From assembly GCA_040437565.1 (NCBI GenBank), contig JBDOQK010000057.1:1-64000 (forward strand): a DNA stretch of 64,000 nucleotides, in the 5' to 3' direction. This DNA comes from Albugo candida. Taxonomy: Eukaryota. The notes below the pieces were generated by a model, which saw only the letters and a program-made list of their open reading frames with translations, was not told the DNA's origin and made no database searches. The position numbers and the translations under genes are program-made. Below are positions 1 to 13,529 of this stretch, piece after piece (within the stretch, counting starts at the first letter, position 1; each line of letters begins with the position of its first letter).

Positions 1-147
1 TGTTCGATCGTGTTTATTCTGGTCGCTGAAGTCAGATGGTGAATATATCCAAATCACTGTCCTAGTTATAACGATCGTTTTACTAGGACAGTGATTTGGA
101 TATATTCACCATCTGACTTCAGCGACCAGAATAAACACGATCGAACA
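1..147. repeat. Near-perfect palindrome / fold-back with 66-bp arms
   Basis: 1-66 is the exact reverse complement of 82-147. The 15-bp centre contains the palindrome AACGATCGTT (70-79). It may extend upstream of the window. Confidence 0.95.
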
Positions 148-489
148 ACCTATCCAATACTGAGTATAAAAGTATTCGATTTTACTGTTGCGGTGCATGA
201 TTTATTTATCTAGAATGGCTACCAGCAGTACAGCTATGTGAAATCAAACATGCTAGTTCAATGGGTATAGGTCTGTACGCTCGATTCATGCGATTAAGAT
301 TAAGGCTATCATCCCTTGGTGGTGATACAATGCTGACGAATGTAACTAACTCCAAAATAATGTATAATATTTCCTAAAATTGCTGTGGATATGTAGATGG
401 AGTGCACATGTAAAAATAAAAATGCAATTTGATGGATTCAGAACTTCGTCAAAGTGATAGGTCCTCCATAAACCTACGCACGTATCAGA

Positions 490-680
490 ATGTAACATCG
501 TGTATAAGTGTGATAGAGAGGTTGCAAACAATGTTTTTTTACTACAATGTTATCTGCTTACATCTATCAAGTTTTTCCTCCCAGGCGCTCTTCTACGTGG
601 CTGTCACTCGACTAGAAGTCGAGTCTCTGAGAGGGAAGACATTACCATGCCCGTTTGCGCTAATAGATGTGCTCAAACCA
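490..680 (+). pseudogene. Possible C-terminal remnant of a PIF1-like SF1 helicase (Helitron-type)
   Basis: ORF 429-749 contains SFSSQALFYVAVTRLEVESLRG..PF, resembling PIF1 motif VI (FxxGxxYVAxSRVxSLxGL...PF). The upstream HKSQG motif is not clearly present. Confidence 0.3.
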
Positions 681-3600
681 CTGCCTACGCCAGCGCGACT
701 CGAACTCGGGGCGTTCACTTACATACCCGAATATCTCGTATTGATATAATTTTACATAGTGAATCAACTAACCTTCAATTGCGCATTTCTATTGGATAAA
801 ATCTGTAATTAGAGTGATTCAGCAAAGGCACTGCGTGACGAACAAATCAGGAAATAATTCTAATAATGTGATGTTCTTTATGTAGTGAAACGCCACAGGA
901 TTCTAGGAGATAGACTCATGAAATATTTCCATTTCAGTGCGAACTTCAACGAAATTATCGAAAAGGATCCAAGAGAAACGCTTTGGATCGGTCCAAATCA
1001 CTTGAGATCGAGCAAAGAAGCCCGCATCATTCACCCCGTTGTACCATACGATTGCTCATATTAGTCTTGGTCGAGATATCACACCACAATGTCCAAAGGG
1101 TATGCGTTTGTGGAGTAACATCATTGATGTGGCTTTGAGCGAGCATCAGCGACTGCACATTTTCGACAATTTTTGATGGTCGAAAGCTTCTCATTGAACA
1201 TGAACAAAGTGGACTGATTCCGGGATGGAATCCATAAAGGGTTAGTGGTGGTCCAGGTGGAAAAAAAAAGTTGAACACGATTTGTTCTGAAGATCGAAAG
1301 TATCCATTGAAGATCGAATTTCCGAGCTGGACGCAAAAGTTTCTCTACACTGATTCCAATTCTCTGTTTGAATATATGGAAGACTGTTTTGATCAATGAC
1401 GAGTTCATTTTCATTTTCGATGCTTCTGGTTGATTCCGTACGAGAATTTTGTCGGAATGAAACTTTGCCTCCAATATCCAGTGACGATCCTATATTTTTG
1501 TGCGGAGAGAGTCGATTTCTCTTTGGAGTTGTGATTCCCGCCCGGCAATTTTACTTGAAAGCTGTTACAGATACTTAATGCGAATTGGATCGGGTGCCAT
1601 TTGCAACGCTTCACTGATACAACTACCTTATTAGTGCTACTAAGTGTGTATCTTCAACTCCATGACGATATCGTTCGACCATGTGTTGTCAAGATCGGGT
1701 AAAACGATAATTGTGAACTCAGAAAGTCCGTTTTTCGGGTGAGTCTGATGCATCACTTAGTGGATCGATATCGATCGATTCCGCTCGATTATCTACAGAA
1801 GCGGATGCGTCATTGTCGCTCATGTCGGATGAGTCTGGAAATACTGATCTAGCGCGATTTCCGTCACAATTGTGAGTTTCTTCGACTTCTGCATGGCGAA
1901 TTATACCTTATCCAAGTCTCAATTTTATGGATTCCCGCCTTCACTCACGTTGGACACCTGATCAGATCCATGTTTTCCATTAGAAACGATCGGCGTTTTA
2001 CGAAATATCCGAGACCGATCAGAATGTGCATATTTATGAACAGAGATTTAACTATTGGGTGGCTTTCTATCACGCCGGCTACAGCTTCAAAGGTTTCATC
2101 CTTAAAAATGGAGTTAGCTATATACATCAAGGGAATCCACCCAGTATCAGCGTAATCATTCCTGAGCTTATCGGCAAGCAGTTTTGTTGTATGGGATAAA
2201 AAAAGCGACCATTGTTCTGGAGAGGTCTTCTGTGATGAACTCTCTGAACAGGAACCGTTTTTCAGTCAAATTTTTCAATGTTAACTCATGTGCTCTTCTG
2301 CTAACGGACGAGTATGAGAGTTAAACGCGCAGCGAAATGCTACTTTTTTCAATGTATCGGTTTTTTCTTTGTGAACGCAGAGTCGGATATGTCATCGCTT
2401 AAGGCTTTTCGTAAAACGATAATACGCTTGCATCATCTTCGGCAATCGATTCAATTATTTACTTGCAGTGGTGTATGCGAAATCGGGAGGATCTGTCCAT
2501 GCGTTGTCCCAGAATTCCGAATTGAGAGAAGAAGTTCCAAACAGAGTGAAGCTCTGGTTCACGTATATGCGATTCTTCCCACTGATTGACGTAACATGTA
2601 TTGTCACATGAACTGGAATTCTATGATGTTCTCGCTCTTCTTCGTTGACTCGACAATGAAAGTTCTTCTGATTGAGGCTATTTTATCGTAAGCTGCTCGT
2701 AGAACTGAAGAATTCCAAAAACAAATTTCAACGTCGACCAACTCATTGCCATCATCACCGTAAAAAAGTTTTATACACAAACACTGTTGTCTCATTTTCA
2801 GATAAGAGCTCAAATTCGAGAATTTGCAAGCTTTTATGACCACCCAACACTTTCGTTGAATCGACTTCCCCACATTATCACCAGATTCCGTTTTGTGCTA
2901 ATGCTTTTTGAAGCTCTATATATTCTTGCTGCAAATAATTGATCGTAATATTCCATCATTCGATTACCAACTTTCCAGCCCAAACTACGAACTTTTTGTA
3001 TCGGATGATAACACATCAACAGTTGCACAAATCGTGAAGATACAAGGTACAGGAAAGCCGCAATCAGCCTTCGACTGTCGTGACTTGATGTATAAAGATA
3101 TATTTCGCCTGCTGATTTAGTTCAACGGAGACCCGAGTTTAGAGACGACTTCCTTCGCAACAATTCCAGTCAGCCAGCAAAGATCTGGTTCGCTGTAGAC
3201 AGCCTCAGCTTCCCGGATATAACGAGAAATAAATGCTTCAGCACAGAGTTTATTTTCTCTCTGAAAATCATATACATGAAGAGGTAGCTTTCATTCAACT
3301 CTCATCACACTCCTCTTCTGATTCGTCTGTTTTGCGTCTGAAATAGCTCGTACATTCTCCGCTATTTTTTACGTTCACAGACTCCATACCCCAAAGTATA
3401 TCGAATATTCTCCCCGTAAAAAATTCATGCGTTCAGAGCTCCATTTCCACCACAAGCTATTCGGTCAATCCTTAATATTCTTCATTAAAACCTGCACGTT
3501 CGCAATCAATAGCTTGTTTTCGTAGAGCGTGAGAAAAAGCGTACCTGTCTTCTCAATAGCGACGCTATGGCACCGTCTGATAATAAATATCAAGCACTTC

Positions 3601-6600
3601 GCTTTTTGCTAATCGCTTTCTCCATTACTTCCACATGCGAATACATTTCGCGATAAGAAGATCGCTGAGTTGGAACGCAATGAGCGCATCTACTGAATGA
3701 ATTACAAGTCTTATAAAAATGAGGTGAGCTTCGGTACTGAGCCATGACATGAATCGCGCGTTGAATAAATTTTGAACCGTTCACTTCCTCTTCTAGAAGC
3801 TGATGACCTGAGAGAAGACCACGTGAGTATTTTCGTGACGCTGTCTAGATTAGCGTTCATGTTCGATACAAGAAATATACACATTGTTTCTCGAACGTGA
3901 GCTCCAGTCACGTCATTCTGAAGGTTTTTTTTTCGCCAATGATTCCGAGAGTCTGACCAACGCTTGCAGCTTTGTCACTGTAAAGGGAAGCGTGTTTTTG
4001 GTTGCCCGAAACTGTCGGATGTCATCTCAAAACGATTCGGAGAAATGTTGTATTGCTTGTGTGGATCACAAGCGATAGGCAAGTAACGAGCATGACCTTA
4101 CGTGATGAACGTTTCATGCGCCATGATGGATATTCGCTACTTCGATATTCGATATCAAAGAGGCCTTCACGTTTTTCATTGCCGGTCATTCTATTAGATG
4201 CTACGTTCGTGTGAACACGAACCACATGAGATTCGATCTGTTGTCTGCTTACATTATCTTGCATGTCTTGAACCATCAAGATCATGAAGAATCTTGGAAG
4301 AGTCGTCCAAAAGCGTTACGAAAATCATCATTGCATGAGGTAAATCAAAAATATCGCGATCTGCACCTACGTATATCTAATAAACAACTTCCACATGCTT
4401 GACACCTTCACATCGCTGCAAAAATTAGGCTACTTTCGTTACTAAATCACCAGCAAAGGATCAAATTTTGATTTGTCGCTGGCTGATATATGCAAGCCGA
4501 GTGGATAGAATTGATGATTTGGAATGGTCACATGTACTGGACCAAAGTATTATCACGTGAAAAAGAGGTATTCAGTCGGAAGTATACTGTAGAAGATTGT
4601 ATAAAATATTATCATCAGTCAAACTTCATTAAATTTCTTAGTTCGGTATCGGAGTTGAAAGGCAATTAAAATAGAAGTGCGGCTCCGTTGATCATCCTGT
4701 TGCAATTGTATCTCAGCGACCTACTTTTTGTTGTTTCACCTTCTTATTTCTTAGAGAAACGCCTACGTTAAATAATAGCCTCGTTTAAGCTGTTTTATTA
4801 AGCCGTCTTGAAGGTGGAACGATACTTTATCGCCTGTGGCAGTGACCATAAAGAAAATTGAGATTTAGTAAATTACTTTTATCCATTCAACAAAATATTC
4901 ATCAAATGAAAAGGTGACATTTGCCAGGCGAGAAGTCTGTCAGATACTATTGACACAATCTATCGTCGATACGAGATGTATCGAACAGATTAAGTTGAGG
5001 CGATTGCGCAGTGGCAAAGTAGCGCTCATGTGTCCAAATTATAGATTCTACCTGATAATGCAGGATTGAAATTTTTGGATAGATACAACGGCAGAAGTAT
5101 TCTGCCATCTTATATCTATCTGTGTTGACATACGCTGCTACAACCTTGTTAATGAAAAAAGATGGAATGTGTCTTCATCACAGATGAGCAGTGTGATTGT
5201 TAGCAGCTACGCAGTAAAGATTCTATCAATTTGAGATATTGCGTTGACAAGTCACCCGCAGGATCCCAATCGGCCATAGGTCTAAAGAGCACGCTGGCGC
5301 TGGCAATTAAAGCATCAAGAGAAATACTCGAGAGATAAATATACTAGTATAGACAAACTGAGCACACCATCTATTGTGATAGCGGATTTATGGATCATTT
5401 TTTAGCCACACTCTGTTGTTTCCTTTCCGTCATCCTTCCCGCAGACAAAGCATAAGATGCATTTGAGAACTACTGGTGACATACATAGCTTGATACATCG
5501 GCGGATTTTCATTAAAAATAAAAGGCTCATAATATTCTATCACTCGTATGTGCTGGACAAATCTTTGACTATGGAATCCTTTCCATAACCAAACGATTCA
5601 TGCGCGAAACGTTTCATTACTTTCTCCTGCTGGTTCTATATTGATGACTGGATATAGAATGCTTTTTTTTAGTGGGGTTGTATTTGGGAATGCTACGCGT
5701 GCATGTGAGGGTGTCTATCCTTCCCTAGGTATCATATGAGTTACTACAGACGAATGAACATATTTCTTCTTGATGCTCCTGTATATAGAGATAGACATGA
5801 TATCACAGCACTGCATAACAAGAATGTCGTATGATTAGCCTTTAGTGCCCTCAATATTGCTAGCATTTGCTTAAATAGTAAGAAATTTTAAGAGCAGGTG
5901 CGACAGAATTAAATACCACTGGAGCTTTCTACAGTTGAAGCTGATGAGCTGAAGTAATCAGACGTACCCTCAGCTACTGAATAAATGTTTTAGCGATACC
6001 TGACCATACCTTTCCTGGGTAGATAGTGTGTTTCCCCATAATAGGCATAAAAGCATCATCCATTTTTAATGTGTTTTTCATTCATAAAAATCTTTAAAAG
6101 CGAAAGTAACATCCGTTGAAGCCTTCTAGCACAATCCTTACACATGAATAGGTTGTATGGAACAATGATAGCGAGTATGTGATTCAGACATGCGTTTTGT
6201 AAGTTCTATCGTAGATATTCTATTCTGGAGGTCCCTTGTTTCATAAAGCTGCTTAGAGAATACCCTTATCATGATGTGTGCCGAGAAGGTTTTCGACTTC
6301 GACAGTATATTTGCTCAAAAGACCATTGCTTCGGACTTTACGATCCATAGAATCATTTGCGGTTTATGAGACACTCAGAGAAAAGTCTTTTTTTTCATTT
6401 GACATCAGCAGATTGTGATGCATAGTACTATGATAAGTAAAACCGTTGGGAGCATTTGCGAAAGGAATGGTAAAAACATGCAGAATTTTCTATCAAATGC
6501 AGCGCATTAGTTGAACCAGATTTCATTAAGAGCTTCTCAGTGATACAGGTTAAGATTTACATTGTATTCAACTTCTGTTTTAGTGAATATTGAGTAGTCT

Positions 6601-9043
6601 AGACTGCAAGTTCGAGATTGTACGTTTCCATGAGAATTTTCATGTCAACTCGTTCTGAGATGTACGTAGTTTTACCAACTTTACATAAAATCCTGTTCAG
6701 CTGTAGCGGTAGTGCCGCGTCCAAACAATCTTTGTATCGATCAAGATGGATGGTCACAAGGCGCTTATGAAGTTGGACGATGCTGAGGAAAGACTATACA
6801 ACGTACTTGATCCTTGTAGGGGACGAAGGAGTGCGTTACCACAGCACATACAGCGTGTCATGACATTCTCGAATTAACATGCGCAGTTTGGATCACTAAA
6901 ATAGGTCATAGCACAATCTAGTCCATTTACCGCGCCAGTTGACGAGTGTGACGTTCAAGATTCCGTCCAGCTTCACTGTGTTTTTTAGCAAAAGACTGAA
7001 ATAATTTCTTTTATCTGATGACGTTGCTCACTAAAAAATAAAGTAGAAGTACTCTGATCTTCTAAACGAGTCGGAGCCATTTCATTGGCATCCAAACGGC
7101 AATGCTGTCTCATCTCACACAGTGATTTCCGGGTGCATAAGTTTTTTTAAGAATGCCTTGTGTTTTGAATACTACCTTTTATACGGGCTCTAAAGAAAGT
7201 GTATTATGTGTTGCTGCGGCACAAAGGAATCAATACCCAGTTCTCCGTCTATCTTCCAAGGTGATGATAAGCGGATGTTCTTTTACCGGCGAACAGATAC
7301 GTCACCATACCACATAATCTCATTCAAACAGATTTCAACTTCATTGTGAGCAATCTCTTCAGATTATTGCATCACATAAACGAGATAAAATAACAAGAAC
7401 TGACTCAAAATGTGAAATGCGTTTTTCTATCCTGATGGAAGGTTATCATGAGGGAGCTCCTAGGCTCGTGGACGAGGTCTCACACTCGAGTTCTTCAAAG
7501 GAAGAAAAACAAGTACAAACGAAGCTAAAGCGTCATGCTTACGATAACAAAGAGCTCAAGAATGAGATAGTTCGAGAAATAGATTTTTTCATTGCTTGCT
7601 AAACATGTGATAAAACGAAAATCATTCTACACCGCGAGGCAATATTGCAGTTATCATAACAGCAGTAGTTGGTACCCTTAAAATAAATGAGGGTTTGGTA
7701 AGGCGCACAGATTGCATGAGTATTTGCACGACGGCGGAGCGTTCTCGAGACCGCAACAAGATTGAGTACGATAATGCAAAACGTACAAAGTACCTTGTAC
7801 CCGTAACATCTGTATGTCCGAGCTATCGAAATGCATATTAAACACGGTCACTTGGTGCCAGTTCGTCAGGATCTAACAAGATGCACGTCCTGCTACGTTC
7901 CTTCTCGTACCAAATTTACAGCACCATGAGCCACACGTACCATTTCTTCACATTATAAAACTTTCAATGCTACTTGAAATTTTAATGATGTGAGACCTTT
8001 CACTTTTCCTTCCTAATGCGCGGTGAAGGTGCGATACCAACAGAAATTTCTATCACGATTTACTGGATCGCTTAAACCAGTGAGTCATCCACATTACATT
8101 CCGCGGAACTGTGTCCTGTTTTCATACCCTATTGATTATCCCTGTTCGTGGTTTCATCGCTGAGTTGTGTTACCAAATCCATTCATCGTAGCGCTTCCGC
8201 AGCATAGAACTCTTTTGCGTACTACACACATCTTTTCCCAAGCGTGCGTCCAATCCTCAAGTTGCCGAAGCGACCAAATCGGACTCAATTTTGGTGCTCA
8301 AAAAGTTGCCCCCTGTGCGCGTTTCAGTCAACGTAGACGACCCATAAGCCGCCCGACCATAAAAGCGGAAACCAAAACGTCATGCGCTTACTCTGTCAAA
8401 GTGGGACGCACATAACGTCGAGCGTACGAAATACATGCTGTCACTAACAGAAAACGCACAATATCATCACCAACACTATTCGATCGCTGACCTTGATTCC
8501 ACATAAGGCCACACAATGTGCCGTGCTACTTTTCCAGATTTGCTTAATCCAATATCACATATATCAAATACAATCGCGAGAATAACGTACGTACTACATT
8601 CACAATTACGACGACCGATTTGCGTGGATTGTATCGCGAAATCACTGGATTTGCGGATGGTAGGATCAAAACACGCACGTTCAGCGAATAGATGAGCCCA
8701 TCTTTTGCGATTGAAAACGTTTATTGCTCCATTGCTACATTCAGGATGGAGCGTATTGAAATGAACATTTTATCAAAGTCATCAATGCAGCATACTCTGC
8801 CGTCCGAAAGTATCAAAGCAACTGATCCAGCACGAGCGGGCAGCCAAACAGCAGAACAACGTTTTTGCCCGATGTATACTAAGGAAGCGATAGTTGTGAA
8901 CGTATAATAAAAGTTGAGATTTTGATGTCATGCATTACGACACACAATGACACATTCAATTTTGAGCCAGAAAATAAGGCAAACTAACTTTCGACTTTAA
9001 CCGCATCCGGGGTCGATCTTCACTGTACCACCAAACAACATGC

Positions 9044-9190
9044 TGTTGGCAGGTGAGCGAAGATGCGGTGGTCCAGGAATATTGCCAAAACTGAGGTTTT
9101 ATTTTTAGAAAATCAAAATCCAAACCAATCGTTTAAACTAAGTTCCAAGTGCGACTAGAAACCTAAAACACATTGTTAAGTTCTTTCAAC
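9044..9190 (-). repeat. 3' LTR of the copia element
   Basis: Direct repeat of 13379-13528. By manual alignment there are about 8 substitutions and 2 indels. Confidence 0.95.
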
Positions 9191-9204
9191 TTTCCTTCCT
9201 TTCC
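9191..9204 (-). other. Polypurine tract of the copia element
   Basis: The minus strand reads GGAAAGGAAGGAAA immediately before the 3' LTR. Confidence 0.8.
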
Positions 9205-9359
9205 GGTTGCACTCAAATTGTGTCATCTTCAACTTGCATTATCTGATCCCTTAACTGCCATAACTCCCTTAGCTGAAAAAATCTTGGCGTCGGAAACGCC
9301 TTCGTCTGCAAGTCGGCCATCACCTTCGACGTCGCTACGTACCTTGGTGCGATAATTTT

Positions 9360-12300
9360 TCTGATCATGTTAGCTCTGACGAATTTTACGGACGTCGGTA
9401 TGTTTTGCCTTGATTGAAGTAGCTTCGTTGAGAAATTGTCTGATAGCCGCCTGGTTATCCATCCACAAAATCATTAGCTCCTTCACTTTGACTTTTAACT
9501 CGCTGAAAAATTCCTTTGCTCCAACTTAATCCTGCGATGCCTTCGATGCTGCTACAAACTCTGCTTCCATCGTCGATAATACTACTGGGTGCTGCTTCTT
9601 GGATGACCAGCTGATCGAAATTCCATTCAAAGTGAATGCTGTAGCAGATATGCTCTTTCTCGTTACATCATCTGCTTCGTAAGCAGCATCCGACAACGCT
9701 TCCAGACTGAATTCTCTGGAATTCGTGCATACTTCACCACCCGAATAGAGCTTCACACTTTTAGTACCTTTAAGTTAACTTCACCACTCTGACACCTAAC
9801 GCCCAATCGGATGTTCTTGGTGCATGAGTACGTCTCATCAGCTTATCCACAGCGAAACTGATGTCTGGACGCGTGCAGCGTGAAATCCACAAAAGGATAC
9901 CCGCCAAAGACTAGAACTTCTTGATAGTTGGCTTCTTGACTGAACGTACCTCCAAGCAGTCCTTCTTTGATGTTGTACTATCGCTGTAGTCCTGACCGAT
10001 AGGCATGAGAACCGTATGCGCTTCATCCATTCCCATTTTCGTTTCTAATTCGCATATAGACGGTTCCTGATCCAAAGAGTATCCATCTTGATCGCTGTAG
10101 CGAACTCGCATGCCTAAAAACTTGCTGACGGGTCCGAGTTTCTTGATTTAAAACTTGAAAGATTATCAAATGTAGACTCATTTCTCGAAAAGTTCTCCCC
10201 GTTATCAGTATATCGTCGACATATATCCCCAAAACCGTAGTTCCTTCTGTGTCTTGGTCGTAATATAAACATGAGTCTGTTACACTTTGTTTGAAACCTG
10301 CATCGCTAAGCTTCTCATGCAACAGGTGACTCTATAGCCGTCCTGCTTGTTTCAATCCATATAGGCTCTTCTATAAGCGTAGTACCATTTCATCACGACT
10401 CGTAACACTCAGTTCATCCAGCTTGAATGTCGATATTTTTTCATTCCTTGCGGCACGTGCAAATACAGGTCCAAGTTCTTTTTTTTTTGGAGCCTTCACG
10501 CACGCATTAGGTACGTCACCGCGCCTTGCTGGCATTCCCCATATCCTTGCTAGCGCTTGTATAAGCTTTGCTTTGCCTGAACCCATGACTGCTGCAAATT
10601 TCATCTCATTGTTGACTCCGAATACTTGTTCATTCCCGCAGGCAACCATTCTAGCCTTGAAGAGTTTCATATTGCCGTTTGCGTGCGTTTTTCGCTTGAA
10701 TACCCACTTCGTTTGTAAGGCTTTGATATCGTTGGGTCTTGGTACGATGGTCCATGTTCTGTATTCCTCCAGTGAGGCTAGTTCTGCGTCTGCAGCCTCC
10801 TACCATTCGACATGCTTTACTGACTTCATTGCTTGATTGTACGTCTTCTGATCCGGCTCAATCAGCACTGACACAATATCTTGAGACGAAGATGTCCTTC
10901 TTTGGTTTCTGCTAACCATCTTACTTCTTGGATCTTTCTTGATCCGATCCGATCGCGGCCTGTCGCAGTTGTGATTGATTTCCTTTGAACGTAGGTATTC
11001 TTATGAGGTTTCACGTCTACCTCTGTCAAATCATGTTGACGTCCCTTGTAATTTCCAAATCTATTTGCGCATTCCATAGTTGACTCCACATTTGAGATTT
11101 GTTGAGTGATAGTGACGGTCTTTGATTTGGGTAAATACATTTCGTATCCTTTGGTTTAATCGCATTTCCGGATAACTATGCCTTCTTCCCTTCGCTTTGC
11201 AAGAGACTTTTTTCAGTTCGCATTTGAACCGAACAAGGTGAGCTGAATGTTACGACATCAGCAAGACTTGTATCCTTCCCAGTCAAAAGCTTCAAGGGGG
11301 ATCGTCTTCCTTTGTTCGCACTGGTTAGGCTTCTATTAAGGATATATGTCACATATTTTGCGGCATCTCCCCCAAAAATATAACGCCACAGAGCTTCCAA
11401 ATATCATAGACCGCACCAGGTTCATGCATTTCTGTACTCAGCGCCACCATCTGCTCGTAGAACATGAATCTTGCAATAAAATCGTTTTTCGAAGTAAGTC
11501 AAGAAGTCTTGAAACTTCGTTGGTGCTATATTCTTCGTCTTGGCCAAAAATACCCGACAGTAGTTTGACTTGTAGTCGATAAAATTGACCAAATATCAAT
11601 TTCCACTTCGGTGTTGAGGCGTGATCGGACCCTTCAAACCACTGCATATTACTGCATTAATTCGTTCCGTTGGTGAGTTCATACCGGTATCTTACCGAGA
11701 CTGTCTGTTCTTTGTTTGCTTGCTTTCTGCGCAAGTAAGGAATTTCAATCGCCGATGGTCATCAATCTCGATCCCTGATTCCGGAAGCTTTGCTATACGC
11801 TCAATATTATCGTAGTTCAGATGACCAAATCGTTGATGGAAGTGAAGAAGACTTCCTGTCTGCTTGTTTGCGTCATCCACGGACTCAATTGAAGCGAGTA
11901 TATCCATAACACTGGATACGCGTTCCCGATCTTCTGTGTCGATAACGAGAACGTTTTTGACCATATTTACTTTGAACACGATCGCACCATACGCAGTATG
12001 TCGTACTACTCTCGATCCATCTCCTCAACACGCCAATTTGCATCCTTTTGCCTCCAACTTTCCATACGAGACAATATTCCAAGGGAGGTGTTCCGAATGT
12101 TGCACAGCGTTCAATCGAACATTCCTCGGTAAACCGACGACTGTTGCGATAATCTTCGCCGATCCTGTCCACCCCAGCTTCATTTCCCTCCCATTTGGAA
12201 GTATGCATGATTCGGTGCATTCCTTACGATGATGTAACATGTTTACATCCGTTACAAGGTGCCTGCTGGATCCGCTGTCTAGTATCCATCCTTTCTTCGC

Positions 12301-13374
12301 TTGTTCCAGCGTAGTACTTTTGCATTCGATTCCTAAAACGATGTCTTCACTGCTGGAGGATCTCTGGTTTCGGCAATCCTTTTTCATTTGTCAACTATTC
12401 CCGCAATTGTAGCAGTTTATTCGCTTCTTCGGCTTGAATTCCCTTATCGCACCGATTTGTTCTCGTGGGAACTTCTTTGGCTCTCTTGGTGCGTCACTGA
12501 TGATTTCTGAATCCATAAGCTGGGCAAAATGACACAGTTCCTCGGCTTGCCTTCTGCTGTCTTCTCTCATTGTGTTGACACGGGCCATCAGAGCTTGTTT
12601 GAAATCAGGCTTTCAGTACTTGATAACGCTTTCCAGGAGCATATCATCGGCTCCACCGACTGCTTCACTAGTGCCGACAAGAAAAAAAATGCTCACTGAA
12701 AGAACTTACAGTCGGTTTTTTTGCCGTAAAGAGGCGTTTTGCCTGCGTCCTGGTGATGTTGGTCCGGAATACTTCGTTGATCCGGTCTATCACTTCTTCA
12801 ACGCTAGAGCACTGAGTCATTCATTGAGGGTCCTGCTGCTCGTAATAAGTGAGCTCTTTTCCGCTCAGATGCCGTCCTAGGCAGTCCAGCTTCACCTCCT
12901 CAATCCACATTTCACCGGATGCTTGCTGGGCGTGCGATAGTTGCCGCAAGAAGCGAAAACCCCATAGGGTAAACGTCGCTCCAAGTCCCGGGTATATCTC
13001 TTTTCCGTCGAATGGCGGAATGGCTAGCTTCATATCCCTTATTGCTGGGAATCTCACTCGATTTAGCCCATCCACCGCATTATGTTGCAAGGCATGGACT
13101 AACTTTTCCTCATCCCGCTTCCACGATGCTACATTGGTTTTGCATCCAGGGATGACATTGTCAAATACTGTCATTGGTTGCGCGGCCAAGAAAATAAGCT
13201 CTCTGCTCGCGCGGGTGGTGCTGGTACGGGCGAGCCGACGCTCCGCTCAGTTTCGATCTTGTCCAGTCAATTGCCGAGTGTCTCCAGCAGCATTATCATT
13301 CGGTCCATCTTCGACTCATCTGATCCGTCGGATTCCTCCATGGGCTTTGCTGGTGGAATCTTGGTTGGGCTCAT
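9360..13374 (-). pseudogene. Disrupted gag-pol polyprotein of the copia element
   Basis: Fragmented ORFs: 12821-13189 and 12391-12588 (gag), 12025-12387 (protease), 11692-11979 and 11176-11400 (integrase), 10371-10670 and 10023-10322 (RT), 9526-9756 (RNase H). Confidence 0.93.
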
Positions 13375-13378
13375 AACC
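13366..13378 (-). other. Primer-binding site complementary to the anticodon arm of initiator tRNA-Met (half-tRNA priming type)
   Basis: Minus-strand GGTTATGAGCCCA directly follows the 5' LTR end (...CCAACA). The plus strand TGGGCTCATAACC matches the iMet anticodon stem-loop. This resembles the Drosophila copia PBS GGTTATGGGCCCA rather than a TGG-type 3'-end PBS. Confidence 0.85.
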
Positions 13379-13528
13379 TGTTGGCAGGTGAGCGAAGTTG
13401 CGGTGGTCCAGGAAAATTGCCGAAACTGAGGTTTTATTTTTTAGAAAATGAAAATCCTAACCAATCGTTTGAACTAAGTTCCAAGTGCGACTAGAAACCT
13501 AAAACACATTGTTAAGTTCCTTTTAACA
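13379..13528 (-). repeat. 5' LTR of the copia element
   Basis: TGTT...AACA termini; repeat of 9044-9190. Confidence 0.95.
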
Positions 13529-13529
13529 C

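Larger units (their letters stand above)
9044..13528 (-). mobile_element. Full-length degenerate Ty1/copia LTR retrotransposon (~4.5 kb)
   Basis: Two ~150-bp LTRs flank minus-strand domains in copia order. Gag: PFDGKEIYPGLG and a broken CCHC knuckle CYNCG. Protease: WILDSGSSRH. Integrase: HQRFGHLN, DGGAEY, YILNRS. RT: KWVFKRK, FKARMVACG, YGLKQAGR, YVDDILI. RNase H: SDAAY, SWSSKKQ..V.LSTMEAEF, DNQAAI. Many stops and frameshifts. Confidence 0.97.

Noticed and set aside
1000..4400. Long minus-strand coding-like stretch (ORFs 1027-1474, 1945-2130, 2604-3028, 3590-4285)
   Set aside because: Probably a decayed gene, but I recognised no family motif, so no product is assigned.
7195..7230. CIMCCCG peptide suggesting an Albugo CCG effector
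   Set aside because: It does not fit the CxxCxxxxxG pattern after a signal peptide, and there is no supporting ORF.
7800..7950. LLDPDELAPSDRV resembling a P-type ATPase actuator motif
   Set aside because: Single weak match; no TGES or DKTGT motifs nearby.
12849..13376. Longest ORF in the window (175 aa, + strand) and other + strand ORFs over the copia element
   Set aside because: Antisense shadows of gag-pol.
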